A DNA stretch of 38,507 nt from the IMG/VR virus record IMGVR_UViG_3300044674_004301, positions 1 to 38,507 of that record; one strand, given 5' to 3'. The notes under the pieces were generated by a model. The model saw only the letters and a program-made list of their open reading frames with translations, did not search any database and was not told the origin of the DNA. The number at the start of each line of letters is the position of its first letter. The stretch's first letter is position 1. Shown here in pieces: positions 18,374 to 27,359 of the stretch. The DNA comes from a virus. Lineage: Duplodnaviria > Caudoviricetes. The position numbers and the translations under genes are program-made.

Positions 18374-18898
18374 TTAGTCTTTTTTCATCAACTTCTTCAT
18401 TAACTCGTTACGATCGCTTATTACAAAACCTTCAGATTCCACTGGTTCTGAGCCTGAATCTTCACCGTCTTTGTCCAATTTCATTTTTTTGAGTTGTAAT
18501 TCGACCATTTTAAGTTTATTAGAAATTTTATTGTTTTTAGCATCGATGGCATTACGTAACATAGTGGATGCCACTTCAAAAATTCTGCCAGAATACCTAG
18601 AATCAACGTTCATACCCAGATCCATGAGATTTTTGTAACTTTCTTCGGCTTCGCCTGCCAACTTGTCTAACTCGAGATCCGACAACTCACCTAATCCTTT
18701 GACTTGAGGTAATGCTTTTTCAATTTTGTCAAACTCTGCGTAAGTGGCCTTCAAAGCGGCGGCAGTTTTTGGGTCTACATTATTGGCAACTTCACGGGTC
18801 TTGTCTTTGTTCGATCTTGCCTGCTCTTTTTTATCTACTTGATCAAAAGCCTGTTTTACATTTGGTAAATTTAAGATGTCTTCTAATTTTTTTGTCAT
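18374..18898 (-). CDS. probable terminase small subunit (gp16-like)
   Basis: Helical protein; SGRIFEVASTMLRNAIDA...ELQLKKMK resembles the PRAYEV...LQKKMK core of T4-like gp16; near terL; TAAATA at 18905-18910. Confidence 0.55.
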   Translation of the reverse strand: MTKKLEDILNLPNVKQAFDQVDKKEQARSNKDKTREVANNVDPKTAAALKATYAEFDKIEKALPQVKGLGELSDLELDKLAGEAEESYKNLMDLGMNVDSRYSGRIFEVASTMLRNAIDAKNNKISNKLKMVELQLKKMKLDKDGEDSGSEPVESEGFVISDRNELMKKLMKKD

Positions 18899-18907
18899 TT
18901 TTAGTAT

Positions 18908-19342
18908 TTACTTACGTGTGCCTTGATGAAAAAGTTGTTCTTCTGAAACAACTCTAAATTTTATACGTCTTTGGTTGGCATAGGCATTCGCGGCTTCCCA
19001 TTTGGCATGATTGATTACCACTTGTTTTTGCTTTGCCGCACTCCTGCCTGCTCGCTCCATGGTGGTTTGATTCATTGGTTTAACTTCGATCATTTCCGCA
19101 TGTTTTTTTCCATTCTTGTCCACATAGACAATGAAAAAATCTGGAACGTAAATTGTGTATTTTCCCGAAATAGGATGTCTGTATGGTATTCTTATTGCTT
19201 CACTGGCCCATTGATAGACATTGGGGTGTTCATCACACAACCTCATGAACGAGTGTTCCCAACTTGATCGGTATGTTGGTGTTTTTGTTCCGACATATTT
19301 TCCAGGATTACGCGGAGAGAATTTTCCTCTTGCAAATTTCAT
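18908..19342 (-). CDS. gp4: head completion nuclease, T4 gp4-like (TnsA-type PD-(D/E)xK)
   Basis: PGKYVG, YRSSWE, WASE, YVPDF, IEVKP and NHAKWEAA. Confidence 0.9.
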   Translation of the reverse strand: MKFARGKFSPRNPGKYVGTKTPTYRSSWEHSFMRLCDEHPNVYQWASEAIRIPYRHPISGKYTIYVPDFFIVYVDKNGKKHAEMIEVKPMNQTTMERAGRSAAKQKQVVINHAKWEAANAYANQRRIKFRVVSEEQLFHQGTRK

Positions 19343-19719
19343 TATGATAAGATATTTCTTGAAGTAAAATCAGAAATATTTTTTGTATTTCTTACACCCA
19401 GTCTGCTTGATTTGTATCTGTTGGCGTTCAGTATGACAGATATTAATTCAGAAAGGGTGGCAGGATTTGCTTTACCCAAAAGATCCAATATAGATTGAGA
19501 CGAGACTCCGTCAATTTTTGCCTGTTGTAAAACAACGTATGCTGTTTCCTCGGCCGGCTGTCTGTCAAATCCTCTTTTCACAAAAAATCCTACCGCGGCA
19601 TCATAATCGTTTTGATTAAATTGGAAATTTTCTGAATATTGCCTGTCGGTCAAACTTTGTATTGTTTTTGCGAAATTGTCTTTGTCTTTAGTAGGAAGAT
19701 TTGTGAATATTTCTTTCAT
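19342..19719 (-). CDS. hypothetical protein
   Basis: 125 aa; translationally coupled on both sides by TAATG overlaps. Confidence 0.7.
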   Translation of the reverse strand: MKEIFTNLPTKDKDNFAKTIQSLTDRQYSENFQFNQNDYDAAVGFFVKRGFDRQPAEETAYVVLQQAKIDGVSSQSILDLLGKANPATLSELISVILNANRYKSSRLGVRNTKNISDFTSRNILS

Positions 19720-21131
19720 TATATATTGGCCTTTTCTGCTACAATGGTTACATCGAGAGTTTGTCTGTTGATCTTGACGTAACCCTCTGTGACTAATTTA
19801 GTTATGTCGGTTAGTGTTCTCGACCTGTAAACATTTTTGGCATTTTGGTCCAAGGCATTGTAGGCAACATTACTTTGGGCAACTGTTAGTCCTTGTCTAG
19901 CACCCACAACCTTGAAGTATATTCCTGCAGAAACTTCATCTCTCAACGCCTGATTCGTAGAAACTAAATTAAAACTTTCAGAAGGACTGTAAAAATTTTG
20001 TGTGTCAAGCACAGGATTATTCACAACAGTGTTTGTGTTATTTTTTTGTTTTTTATTTGAGTCTGCTATGCCATAGGCTGTGGCGGCAGTAACACCCAAA
20101 AGAGCGGCCTGAGTACCAACATTTCCTATTGAATATTGCCCAGCAGGATTTGTTATTGTGCCCGCTTGTCTACCTAAACCTATCACTCCTTCTTTTACAA
20201 TACCTTTCAATTCTTCTTTGACTGCATCTTTGGCTTTAATTTTTTTTGCGTTGTTATATGTGTTGATCCCTTGTAGCACCGCACCTAAATAATTTCCTTC
20301 TCTGGCACTTCCTATCACGGATCCAATTCCGTCTACTATTCCTCCAGGTCCAAAAATAGATGTGGTACCACCACCCAATGCTGTTAGTGGAGAAGGTTCT
20401 CTGTCATAATGTACTGTGGCAAAACCACGTGGATTGTTTTTTGTAATATTTCCGGCCGAATAGAGCACAGTCTCATAAAATATCTGCATTGTGTTTGCCA
20501 TGATCCCTCCACCGTCTGCTTGGTCTAGATCGTCATGTGAGAAAGATCCTATTCTTGGATTGATCAAAGTGAAACTTGTAAAATCCTGTTTGTGTAGTGC
20601 GAAAATTTGAATAGATCTCAATAATGGGTGTTTCCTTTTTTGCCTTCCGTCCATTCCAAACTGTGTTCTAGTAATTTTATTTTCACTGTCGTACATTGTG
20701 TCTCGTTGATTGTTTAATCCGCCGGTCGATGCCACGGTGATCGAATCTACAATATTGTATTCGTAATACGCCTTCCAGAAGGCATTCACTATGTCGTAGT
20801 GATCGTCATGGAAAGTAAGATTGATAGGGGTGTAACTTATCCTTGTGCCCACGTAGGTTTTTTTGTTGTACTGTTGTTTTTCCTCGAGGTTGAGATTATA
20901 TTTTGGCAAGTCGACCGACTTGACCAACATGTTCAATTCCGACTTTTCATTGGAAGAGAATTCTCTTGTGAAAGTGTCGTCGTCGATGTCAAAAACCACA
21001 TGGAACAGAAACTTCTGTTTAGGCATCAACCTATAATTGTCGTCGATGTATAAACGAGATGCGTGTTGATAGTCTTTCGTTCCTGGAAGACCGTTTGAAA
21101 AACTATTTAGAAAGTTATTGATACTTGGCAT
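19719..21131 (-). CDS. tail tube-like baseplate/tube-initiator protein (gp54/gp48-like) with a C-terminal extension
   Basis: N-terminal domain parallels the adjacent tube protein (LMPKQKFLFHVVF vs LMPKLQYRFRVVL; VKSVDLP; YTPINLTFHDD vs WEPITITLRDD). TAAATA at 21138-21143. Confidence 0.65.
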   Translation of the reverse strand: MPSINNFLNSFSNGLPGTKDYQHASRLYIDDNYRLMPKQKFLFHVVFDIDDDTFTREFSSNEKSELNMLVKSVDLPKYNLNLEEKQQYNKKTYVGTRISYTPINLTFHDDHYDIVNAFWKAYYEYNIVDSITVASTGGLNNQRDTMYDSENKITRTQFGMDGRQKRKHPLLRSIQIFALHKQDFTSFTLINPRIGSFSHDDLDQADGGGIMANTMQIFYETVLYSAGNITKNNPRGFATVHYDREPSPLTALGGGTTSIFGPGGIVDGIGSVIGSAREGNYLGAVLQGINTYNNAKKIKAKDAVKEELKGIVKEGVIGLGRQAGTITNPAGQYSIGNVGTQAALLGVTAATAYGIADSNKKQKNNTNTVVNNPVLDTQNFYSPSESFNLVSTNQALRDEVSAGIYFKVVGARQGLTVAQSNVAYNALDQNAKNVYRSRTLTDITKLVTEGYVKINRQTLDVTIVAEKANI

Positions 21132-21150
21132 ACCTTGTATTTATGGCCAC

Positions 21151-21180
21151 AAAAAAAGCGCCTATAATGGCGCTTTTCTT
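21151..21180 (-). terminator. rho-independent terminator after the tail tube gene (possibly bidirectional)
   Basis: AAAAGCGCC-TATAAT-GGCGCTTTT stem with an A7 run (U7 on the minus-strand RNA). Confidence 0.85.
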
Positions 21181-21203
21181 GTTTATAATTGCTAACCTAA
21201 ACT

Positions 21204-21830
21204 TTAAATACCACCACCTGTTGATAGTGTGCCTACTGTTCTTGTTAAAGCCGTTCCTATACCTGTACCTTGTGGAGTTTGTACAGCATTGTCGTATCTT
21301 ACTGACAATGTGATAGTTGCTGGATCACTAGTTGCGTAAGCCAATGAGTTATAGTTTACTGACTCAACGTATGATCCATAAAGTTCGAATGTTTCTAGGA
21401 TGTTTGGTGCAGAAGCGCCATTACCACCATCAAGCATCTCGATTCTAGTTGTAAATTTGTAATCGATACCTGAAGCGGCACTTGACTGTTCGAAGAAGTC
21501 GAACTGTTTCTGTACCTGTTCGCCGCAAAGTTTAGAAACCGCATTGTTCACGTCATCTCTCAATGTAATTGTGATCGGTTCCCAAGTGTGTTTACCAGCG
21601 ATGTATACTCTTGAGTTGTAAACATCTAAAGTTGTGTTTTCAAATGTTAAGTTTGGTCTTGTACAATCCACTACTTGTTTTGTAAGTTCTGACCTAGGTG
21701 TAGATACACCAAAGTTTTCAAGAACTACTCTAAACCTATACTGTAGTTTTGGCATCAACAAACCTTGTGATGCTGAACTTTGGTCGTTTGCTAGTGGTAC
21801 TGTAAATTTTGAAAGTGTTGATATTGCCAT
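21204..21830 (-). CDS. tail tube protein (gp19-like)
   Basis: Directly after the sheath; IAGKHTWEPITITLRDD and ITLSVRYDNA; SD AAGGAG; variant motif TAAGTA upstream. Confidence 0.85.
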   Translation of the reverse strand: MAISTLSKFTVPLANDQSSASQGLLMPKLQYRFRVVLENFGVSTPRSELTKQVVDCTRPNLTFENTTLDVYNSRVYIAGKHTWEPITITLRDDVNNAVSKLCGEQVQKQFDFFEQSSAASGIDYKFTTRIEMLDGGNGASAPNILETFELYGSYVESVNYNSLAYATSDPATITLSVRYDNAVQTPQGTGIGTALTRTVGTLSTGGGI

Positions 21831-21853
21831 ATTGCTCCTTTACTTACCGAGGA

Positions 21854-24800
21854 TTAATTGCCTAGGTTTGCTATCTCTCCTGTGTTTTTTATTCTTAAAG
21901 GTATGTAAATGAATTCAACCGATTTAACTGGTTCAATTGCAATATCCACATACAATTCATTCCTGTCTATTCTTGTTGGTGTGTTGTTTGTGTCATCACA
22001 CACTACTAAGAAGTCAAACAGTGCCCTTTGTCCTACTAATTCTAACAAGAATGACTCAACTGCTTGTTTGATTTCGTTTCTTGTTAATTCATCGTTTGGT
22101 TCAAAGATAAATGGTTTGGCTATAGCATCTAGTTGTGACCTTAGATACACTGTTAACCTTGCCACGTTGATCCTATCTAAAGCAGAACTTCCTGAAACTT
22201 TATTTAAGTTTCCAAAGTTTACAATTCCTGCTCCTGAAAAGAATGTTACTGGGTTGACCTTAGCAACATGCATGGCATCTCTAGCAGATTCTGTAAGTGC
22301 CACTTGAGAGAACTCACCTTCTGAATCTATGTAACCAACTGCTGTCGCATTGTCTACAGTTCCTCTTCTTGTACCTGCTGGTGCGAACCATGGGAATCCA
22401 ACGTTGTCGTTGTTAGCAAAGGTTCTCAACATCATGTGTGAAGGCGGAACAACAATGTTGTTGCCTGCGTTATCAGTTGTTCTTCCTGAAGGATAAAATA
22501 TTCCTAAGTATTCTGAAGAACTAACCAATCCGTCTTCTCCGTTGTCACTGGCACTAGCAGAATTGTTGGCCCAATTTGTTATTGATGTAGATGTTCCCTG
22601 TAATCTTAAAGGTGTATCTCCAATAATAAACCCTGTGTTGTTTCTGTCGGTGTTTAAGTTGATCATTTCTGAAATCGCTTCTGGATAACCCGGACAAGCA
22701 AGTACGTTGAATCCTCTTTGGTCTTCTCTGATTGCTTGGTTTGTGTTGATCTCTGATTTGATTTGTGCCGTGATAACTTTTCTCTGTGCTTTTCTTCCAA
22801 ACACACCGGAACCGTTGTCGTTGTTTGCTGATTTAGTTACCCATCTATCTGGATAGTAACCTGCCACTGATTCATTTGAGAATCTAACGTTACCTAAACC
22901 TGATGATCCTGATCCAGGATATGCAGTTGTAGTGATGTAATTGTTTTTGTACTCTTTAACATTGTAACCTGATCTTCTTGTATTGAACAACAAGATTGAT
23001 TTTGGATAAAGAGTTGGATTTGGAGCATCTGGATCTAAGAAGTTGTCACTTAATAAATCTTTAATGCTTGATGCTGTACCTGCCTGGGTATTGCCGTCTG
23101 CCGCTTTATCTGTAGATGTATGCCATCTAGCGTCAGCGAAAACAATTCCGTCTTCTGTGGTTTGATCTGTGCTGTCGATCAACACCCATCTAGCACCGGT
23201 TGTAGTTACTACTACTCCGTTGTTTGTATTTGATGATGAAATTGAAGCACTAGTGTCGTATCTATAAATTTTTGGATAGTTTTCTAAATCGCTTGTATCA
23301 ATCCATAAATCGTTTGCCACTAATTGTGTTCCATCTGATTGAGTAGTCGGTGCGGTAGCACTGAACTGTGGTCCATTTGGATCTGTGCTTGAATATAAGT
23401 TTTTGTATCCAACCCAAGTCGTTCCGTTGTGAGCCATGATGTCGGCATCTAAGTTTGTGTTGTACCACAATGTTCCGTCTGCTGGTTCATTTGTTGGAGC
23501 ACTTGCTGATGCTGTGTAACTTAATCTCTTCCAGTTTGTAGCAACAACATCAGACGGTGTTGTTGAGTCTTCTGTGTCGCCTGCTGGAGCATCATATAAG
23601 TTGTCAACTAAGGTTGTTGAATTTACTGTGAAAGTTCCATATGAATGAGCATTGGCTGTACCAAAACCTGCATCATCAAGTGGAGTTCCTGAAACATTCC
23701 ACATTCTAAAGTCACCGCCTAGGGCATGAGTGATCTTGATAGCACCCTTGTTCTCACCTGACGTGATAACTTCTGCTGTCAAGTTCGTGAATCCTGCTGT
23801 AGTGAATGCTGTTACAAAATCTTCAGCATCGCCTAGGGTAGAACCATCTCCAGAAATCATAGTTACAGTTTTTGCTGTATCAAGTGCTTCTTGGTTCTTG
23901 ATAGATTCTTGAACTTTGAATGTTTCGTTTGCTGTGAAACTTGGATTTTTATTATTAGAAGTGATTGTGGTTGCTCCACCTTCGTATCTAAACAGTTGGA
24001 AATCGCCAAGTGCTGGCGTGCCATCGAATTGTCCAAGTACACTTTGTTCAGTTACGTTGTACTGAGCATAAAGTTGACCAGTTGACAAGTTGGCACCACC
24101 ACCTGCAGGATCCAGGTTATAGATCGCGGAGTGGTTGGTAGCATACAATGGAGAGTCAACTGTTCCAAATGAACTTGTTGAACCACTGTATAATTTGACA
24201 GAAAGATCAGCACCCGAATTCGGAGTGGTTGTCTTGAACCAAACCGAACCGTTAGGTCTGTTGTCGTCTGCTGTTTTCCAAGTTGGTCTTGATGTATGAG
24301 GTGCTTGTAGGAATTCCGGTCCTTTGTATAAGCCGGCAGTTATTCCTAGGTTAGTTAAAATTGTACCTGAACCATTCTCAATTCTTATTGTGTTGTCTGC
24401 TGTTGAATCTCCGTAAGCAAGACCGTTGATGAATAACTGGAATTTTCCTGTCACACTGTCAACTGCCGCTGTCACACCTGGTACATTCGCTGTGTTATTG
24501 ATGTAAGTTGCGAAAGTAGATCTAGAAGTTGTAGCAGATGTAACTGTTACACCATTGATCACAATGCTGTGTCCAGAAGTGATCGTGCCTGATGTTTCAG
24601 TTCCTTCTATTGTAGGATGACTAGTGTGCCATGCTGTGCTTCCTAGTTGTACCCAAGCGTTGGAATCGTTTTTGTAATAGATTTTGTTTGTGACATGTGT
24701 TGTATTGATCGCATAATCTCCTATGCTTCCCACACTTGTCTTTGGAGCACCTGTTGAAGTATTGCCGACTAGATCTGTTGTGTTAGTGATCAAAGTAGTA

Positions 24801-25279
24801 GTTATGGTTGTAAAGGCTTGATTGGTTCGTGACCATTCGAATATTCCGTAAACCGAACTTCCTAAATCAAACCAGTAAGTTCCGTCAGTTGGTGCCGAAG
24901 TAGGAGCACTGGCGCTACCTTGTAATTCATTTAAGTCAACATTGGCTCTCATAACGAAGGCTCTGTTTGCTATACCCAAGAAACTGTATGCCGCTTGTAA
25001 ACCATATTCGTTCAGTTCATATCCGTTGATAGGATTTCCTGAAGCGTCTGTGTAGAATTTCGGATCTCCGAAAGTCTCTGTTAATTCTCTTTGTGATGAA
25101 ATCAAATAAACTTGATTTGCATTTGATGTTTGTGTTCCTGGTGCCGTGCCTGTGCCCGCACCGTTTAATTTGTCTTGTGCTGTTGCTACGATCAGTAATG
25201 GAGTCGTGCCCGCGTCTGACGGTACATAGAAACTCTCATCTATTACTGAAACTTCAACTCCTGGTGATGTTAATGCCAT
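21854..25279 (-). CDS. contractile tail sheath protein (gp18-like) with large insertions
   Basis: N-terminal SPGVEVSVIDES and ELTETFGDP; C-terminal PWFAPAGTRRG, LDRINVARL, FIFEPND and IEPVKSVEFIYI; SD AAGGAG. Confidence 0.95.
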   Translation of the reverse strand: MALTSPGVEVSVIDESFYVPSDAGTTPLLIVATAQDKLNGAGTGTAPGTQTSNANQVYLISSQRELTETFGDPKFYTDASGNPINGYELNEYGLQAAYSFLGIANRAFVMRANVDLNELQGSASAPTSAPTDGTYWFDLGSSVYGIFEWSRTNQAFTTITTTLITNTTDLVGNTSTGAPKTSVGSIGDYAINTTHVTNKIYYKNDSNAWVQLGSTAWHTSHPTIEGTETSGTITSGHSIVINGVTVTSATTSRSTFATYINNTANVPGVTAAVDSVTGKFQLFINGLAYGDSTADNTIRIENGSGTILTNLGITAGLYKGPEFLQAPHTSRPTWKTADDNRPNGSVWFKTTTPNSGADLSVKLYSGSTSSFGTVDSPLYATNHSAIYNLDPAGGGANLSTGQLYAQYNVTEQSVLGQFDGTPALGDFQLFRYEGGATTITSNNKNPSFTANETFKVQESIKNQEALDTAKTVTMISGDGSTLGDAEDFVTAFTTAGFTNLTAEVITSGENKGAIKITHALGGDFRMWNVSGTPLDDAGFGTANAHSYGTFTVNSTTLVDNLYDAPAGDTEDSTTPSDVVATNWKRLSYTASASAPTNEPADGTLWYNTNLDADIMAHNGTTWVGYKNLYSSTDPNGPQFSATAPTTQSDGTQLVANDLWIDTSDLENYPKIYRYDTSASISSSNTNNGVVVTTTGARWVLIDSTDQTTEDGIVFADARWHTSTDKAADGNTQAGTASSIKDLLSDNFLDPDAPNPTLYPKSILLFNTRRSGYNVKEYKNNYITTTAYPGSGSSGLGNVRFSNESVAGYYPDRWVTKSANNDNGSGVFGRKAQRKVITAQIKSEINTNQAIREDQRGFNVLACPGYPEAISEMINLNTDRNNTGFIIGDTPLRLQGTSTSITNWANNSASASDNGEDGLVSSSEYLGIFYPSGRTTDNAGNNIVVPPSHMMLRTFANNDNVGFPWFAPAGTRRGTVDNATAVGYIDSEGEFSQVALTESARDAMHVAKVNPVTFFSGAGIVNFGNLNKVSGSSALDRINVARLTVYLRSQLDAIAKPFIFEPNDELTRNEIKQAVESFLLELVGQRALFDFLVVCDDTNNTPTRIDRNELYVDIAIEPVKSVEFIYIPLRIKNTGEIANLGN

Positions 25280-25308
25280 TTAGTTCTCCTTGCAAGTATA
25301 ACTGAATG

Positions 25309-25316
25309 TATTTATA
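25309..25316 (-). promoter_or_regulatory. T4-type late promoter TATAAATA for the sheath-tube operon
   Basis: Exact TATAAATA about 30 nt upstream of the sheath ATG. Confidence 0.75.
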
Positions 25317-25385
25317 GCGTTTTGCCTAAAATACGGTAAAATTGTTATAAATTTGGTACCTATATAGGGCACATTAAATATAGTT

Positions 25386-25736
25386 ATGAAAAGACCTTTG
25401 TGCAGTAAGTGCCAATCAAAACCAAGGGCCTATGCCTACCGTAAGAACAACAAAATTTATTGGAGAAGTTTGTGTGATTCTTGTATTCGTAAAAAGAAAA
25501 ATTTAAAAACCGGAAGAATGGCAAAATGGCAATCGGCGGGATATAAAAAAAACAAGAAATGTGAACTATGTGGTTTCAGGGCGTCTGTTTCCAGACAATT
25601 GGATGTGTATCATGTTGACGGAAACCGTAATAACTGCTCACAATATAACCTTAAAACTATTTGTGCCAATTGCCAAAGGTTAAAAAGTACGCAAGATCTT
25701 GGCTGGTCTATTGGTGATCTTGAAGTTGATGAATAA
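25386..25736 (+). CDS. zinc-finger HNH endonuclease-like protein
   Basis: Four CxxC pairs; YHVDGNRNN...NLKTICANCQ; TAAATA at 25375-25380. Confidence 0.8.
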   Translation: MKRPLCSKCQSKPRAYAYRKNNKIYWRSLCDSCIRKKKNLKTGRMAKWQSAGYKKNKKCELCGFRASVSRQLDVYHVDGNRNNCSQYNLKTICANCQRLKSTQDLGWSIGDLEVDE

Positions 25737-26286
25737 GTGTGTCTATATTAGTGTTTAAATTTTCTAGAGTGCTGTCGTTTTCTATAGTGTGATCAAACTC
25801 ACACCCGATCCAATCCCATTCCGATTGGTGAGCACCCGATGCCTGCATTTTTTCTCTGCTAGGAATCTCTCCACGTTTTACTAGAATTATTTTTCCATTT
25901 TGTTCTCTGATTGTCTTAATTTCATTCACAAAACGTGTGTCTGATATCACTGTCTTTTCACCATGGTACCTAGCAACTAGGCTGTCTACCCATATAGTGT
26001 CAAGCATTCCGCCTCGGCATACTTCGGTTCCGAAATATTGAAGTACCCAACGTGGGGTTATTGGTTTTCCAAATTTATGTGACCAAAACTTATCCTCTTT
26101 CTCACGCCATTCTCGTGATTCTTTGCTTTGGCCCTCCAACATGGTTCTGTCCCAATTAAAAATCAACGACACAGCATCCTTGAGACTTTTGGCAAAAGAA
26201 TCTCTCTTGAATCCGTGTTCCTGCACCAGTCTGGCCGCAACAGTGTCTTTGCCAGAACCTATCAAACCAACTAAACCTATAAGCAT
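25708..26286 (-). CDS. deoxynucleoside monophosphate kinase (T4 gp1-like)
   Basis: GLIGSGKDT P-loop, SFAKSLKD, PRWVLQYFGTE, ISDTRFVNE and HQSE. Confidence 0.92.
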   Translation of the reverse strand: MLIGLVGLIGSGKDTVAARLVQEHGFKRDSFAKSLKDAVSLIFNWDRTMLEGQSKESREWREKEDKFWSHKFGKPITPRWVLQYFGTEVCRGGMLDTIWVDSLVARYHGEKTVISDTRFVNEIKTIREQNGKIILVKRGEIPSREKMQASGAHQSEWDWIGCEFDHTIENDSTLENLNTNIDTLIHQLQDHQ

Positions 26287-26293
26287 AAGGATT

Positions 26294-26322
26294 ATACTAA
26301 CAGATTTTTATTTGGTTTTCAA
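26294..26322 (-). promoter_or_regulatory. sigma70-like promoter of the dNMP kinase (leaderless)
   Basis: TTGAAA(26322-26317)-17 nt-TAGTAT(26299-26294)-7 nt-ATG. Confidence 0.45.
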
Positions 26323-26496
26323 GTCCTTAAGTCTTTTTTCTAGTTCTTTTTTGATTTCTCCGACAGCATTCAGTAAGTGAAATGTTATTTTCCAATTAGG
26401 ACCTGCCTTTAGAAGAACTTCAAATGCTATTGTCAATTGCTTGAGTTGTCTGAAAGATAGTTCAGAAAGTTTTGAGAAGTATTTGTTTCTTGCCAT
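26308..26496 (-). CDS. small basic hypothetical protein
   Basis: 62 aa; own TAAATA at 26531-26536 and an A-rich leader. Confidence 0.6.
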   Translation of the reverse strand: MARNKYFSKLSELSFRQLKQLTIAFEVLLKAGPNWKITFHLLNAVGEIKKELEKRLKDLKTK

Positions 26497-26554
26497 AATT
26501 ATGTGCCTTTCTTTTGCCTGTTTTGTGCTGTATTTAATTTAGATTTTTCAAGAA

Positions 26555-27316
26555 TTAACCTATAACAAAACTGTAAGGTGTACCACCTTCTTGGTAGTTG
26601 TTGATCTCACCGTCAAGACGTTCCATCTCTGCTACACCTTCTGCCTTGAGTGCATCTCCGTTTAATGTCGTTCCACCTTGTGGACCTGCGATTGTATTGA
26701 ATTTGCCTCTGGCCTCGCCCAGCATGATTTTACATACTGCCAGCGTGTAATCTCTGATCCATGGTTTAGAATATATGTCTTTGAAAAGAGTAATGTCCGG
26801 TCTAAAATTATCACAATGAAGTATCACGGTTTCGGAATCTGCTCTTGGTCTCTGAGTGATAGTCAAAGTCTTTGTAGCGTTGTCATAATGGAATTGTATA
26901 AATGAACCAAACATTTTCCCCACAAGTTCTTGATAAGAAGCAAAGGCATAATAAGTGGCCAGACCACCTGTTGCGCCTGCCCTTAAAAGATAGGTATTTG
27001 TGTAGGCAAGGTTGAATGGTTCAAAAAGTGTTCCACCTTCACCGCCTTCTGTCCTTGATCCAACTGTTCTCCTACCAACTTGTCTCACATTTATGATCTC
27101 GTCGGGCAAGATATACTTGTTTTGATTCTGTTTAAGTTCCAAGAAATTGTATGATTCTTCGGTGGCATTTGAAGAACGTTGTCTGTATCTGTTTACGGCT
27201 CTTTCAAGTGCTGTTTCATAGTGTTTAGGGTCTAATTCCACATCGACCATGCCCTCACCGAGGTTGTTTTTTACGTAATCAAATATTTCTTGTTGACCTG
27301 TTTGTAACTCTGACAT
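26555..27316 (-). CDS. neck protein / head-tail adaptor (gp13-like)
   Basis: LGEGMVDVEL, WIRDYTLAVCKIMLGEARGKF and GGTTLNG. Start moved to 27316. Confidence 0.85.
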   Translation of the reverse strand: MSELQTGQQEIFDYVKNNLGEGMVDVELDPKHYETALERAVNRYRQRSSNATEESYNFLELKQNQNKYILPDEIINVRQVGRRTVGSRTEGGEGGTLFEPFNLAYTNTYLLRAGATGGLATYYAFASYQELVGKMFGSFIQFHYDNATKTLTITQRPRADSETVILHCDNFRPDITLFKDIYSKPWIRDYTLAVCKIMLGEARGKFNTIAGPQGGTTLNGDALKAEGVAEMERLDGEINNYQEGGTPYSFVIG

Positions 27317-27357
27317 ACACATATTTATGGTAGTGCCGCATTCAATAAATATGTGTA
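27316..27357. promoter_or_regulatory. symmetric divergent late-promoter pair
   Basis: Perfect 13-bp inverted repeat TACACATATTTAT(27316-27328)/ATAAATATGTGTA(27345-27357); each arm carries TAAATA. Confidence 0.75.
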
Positions 27358-27359
27358 GG

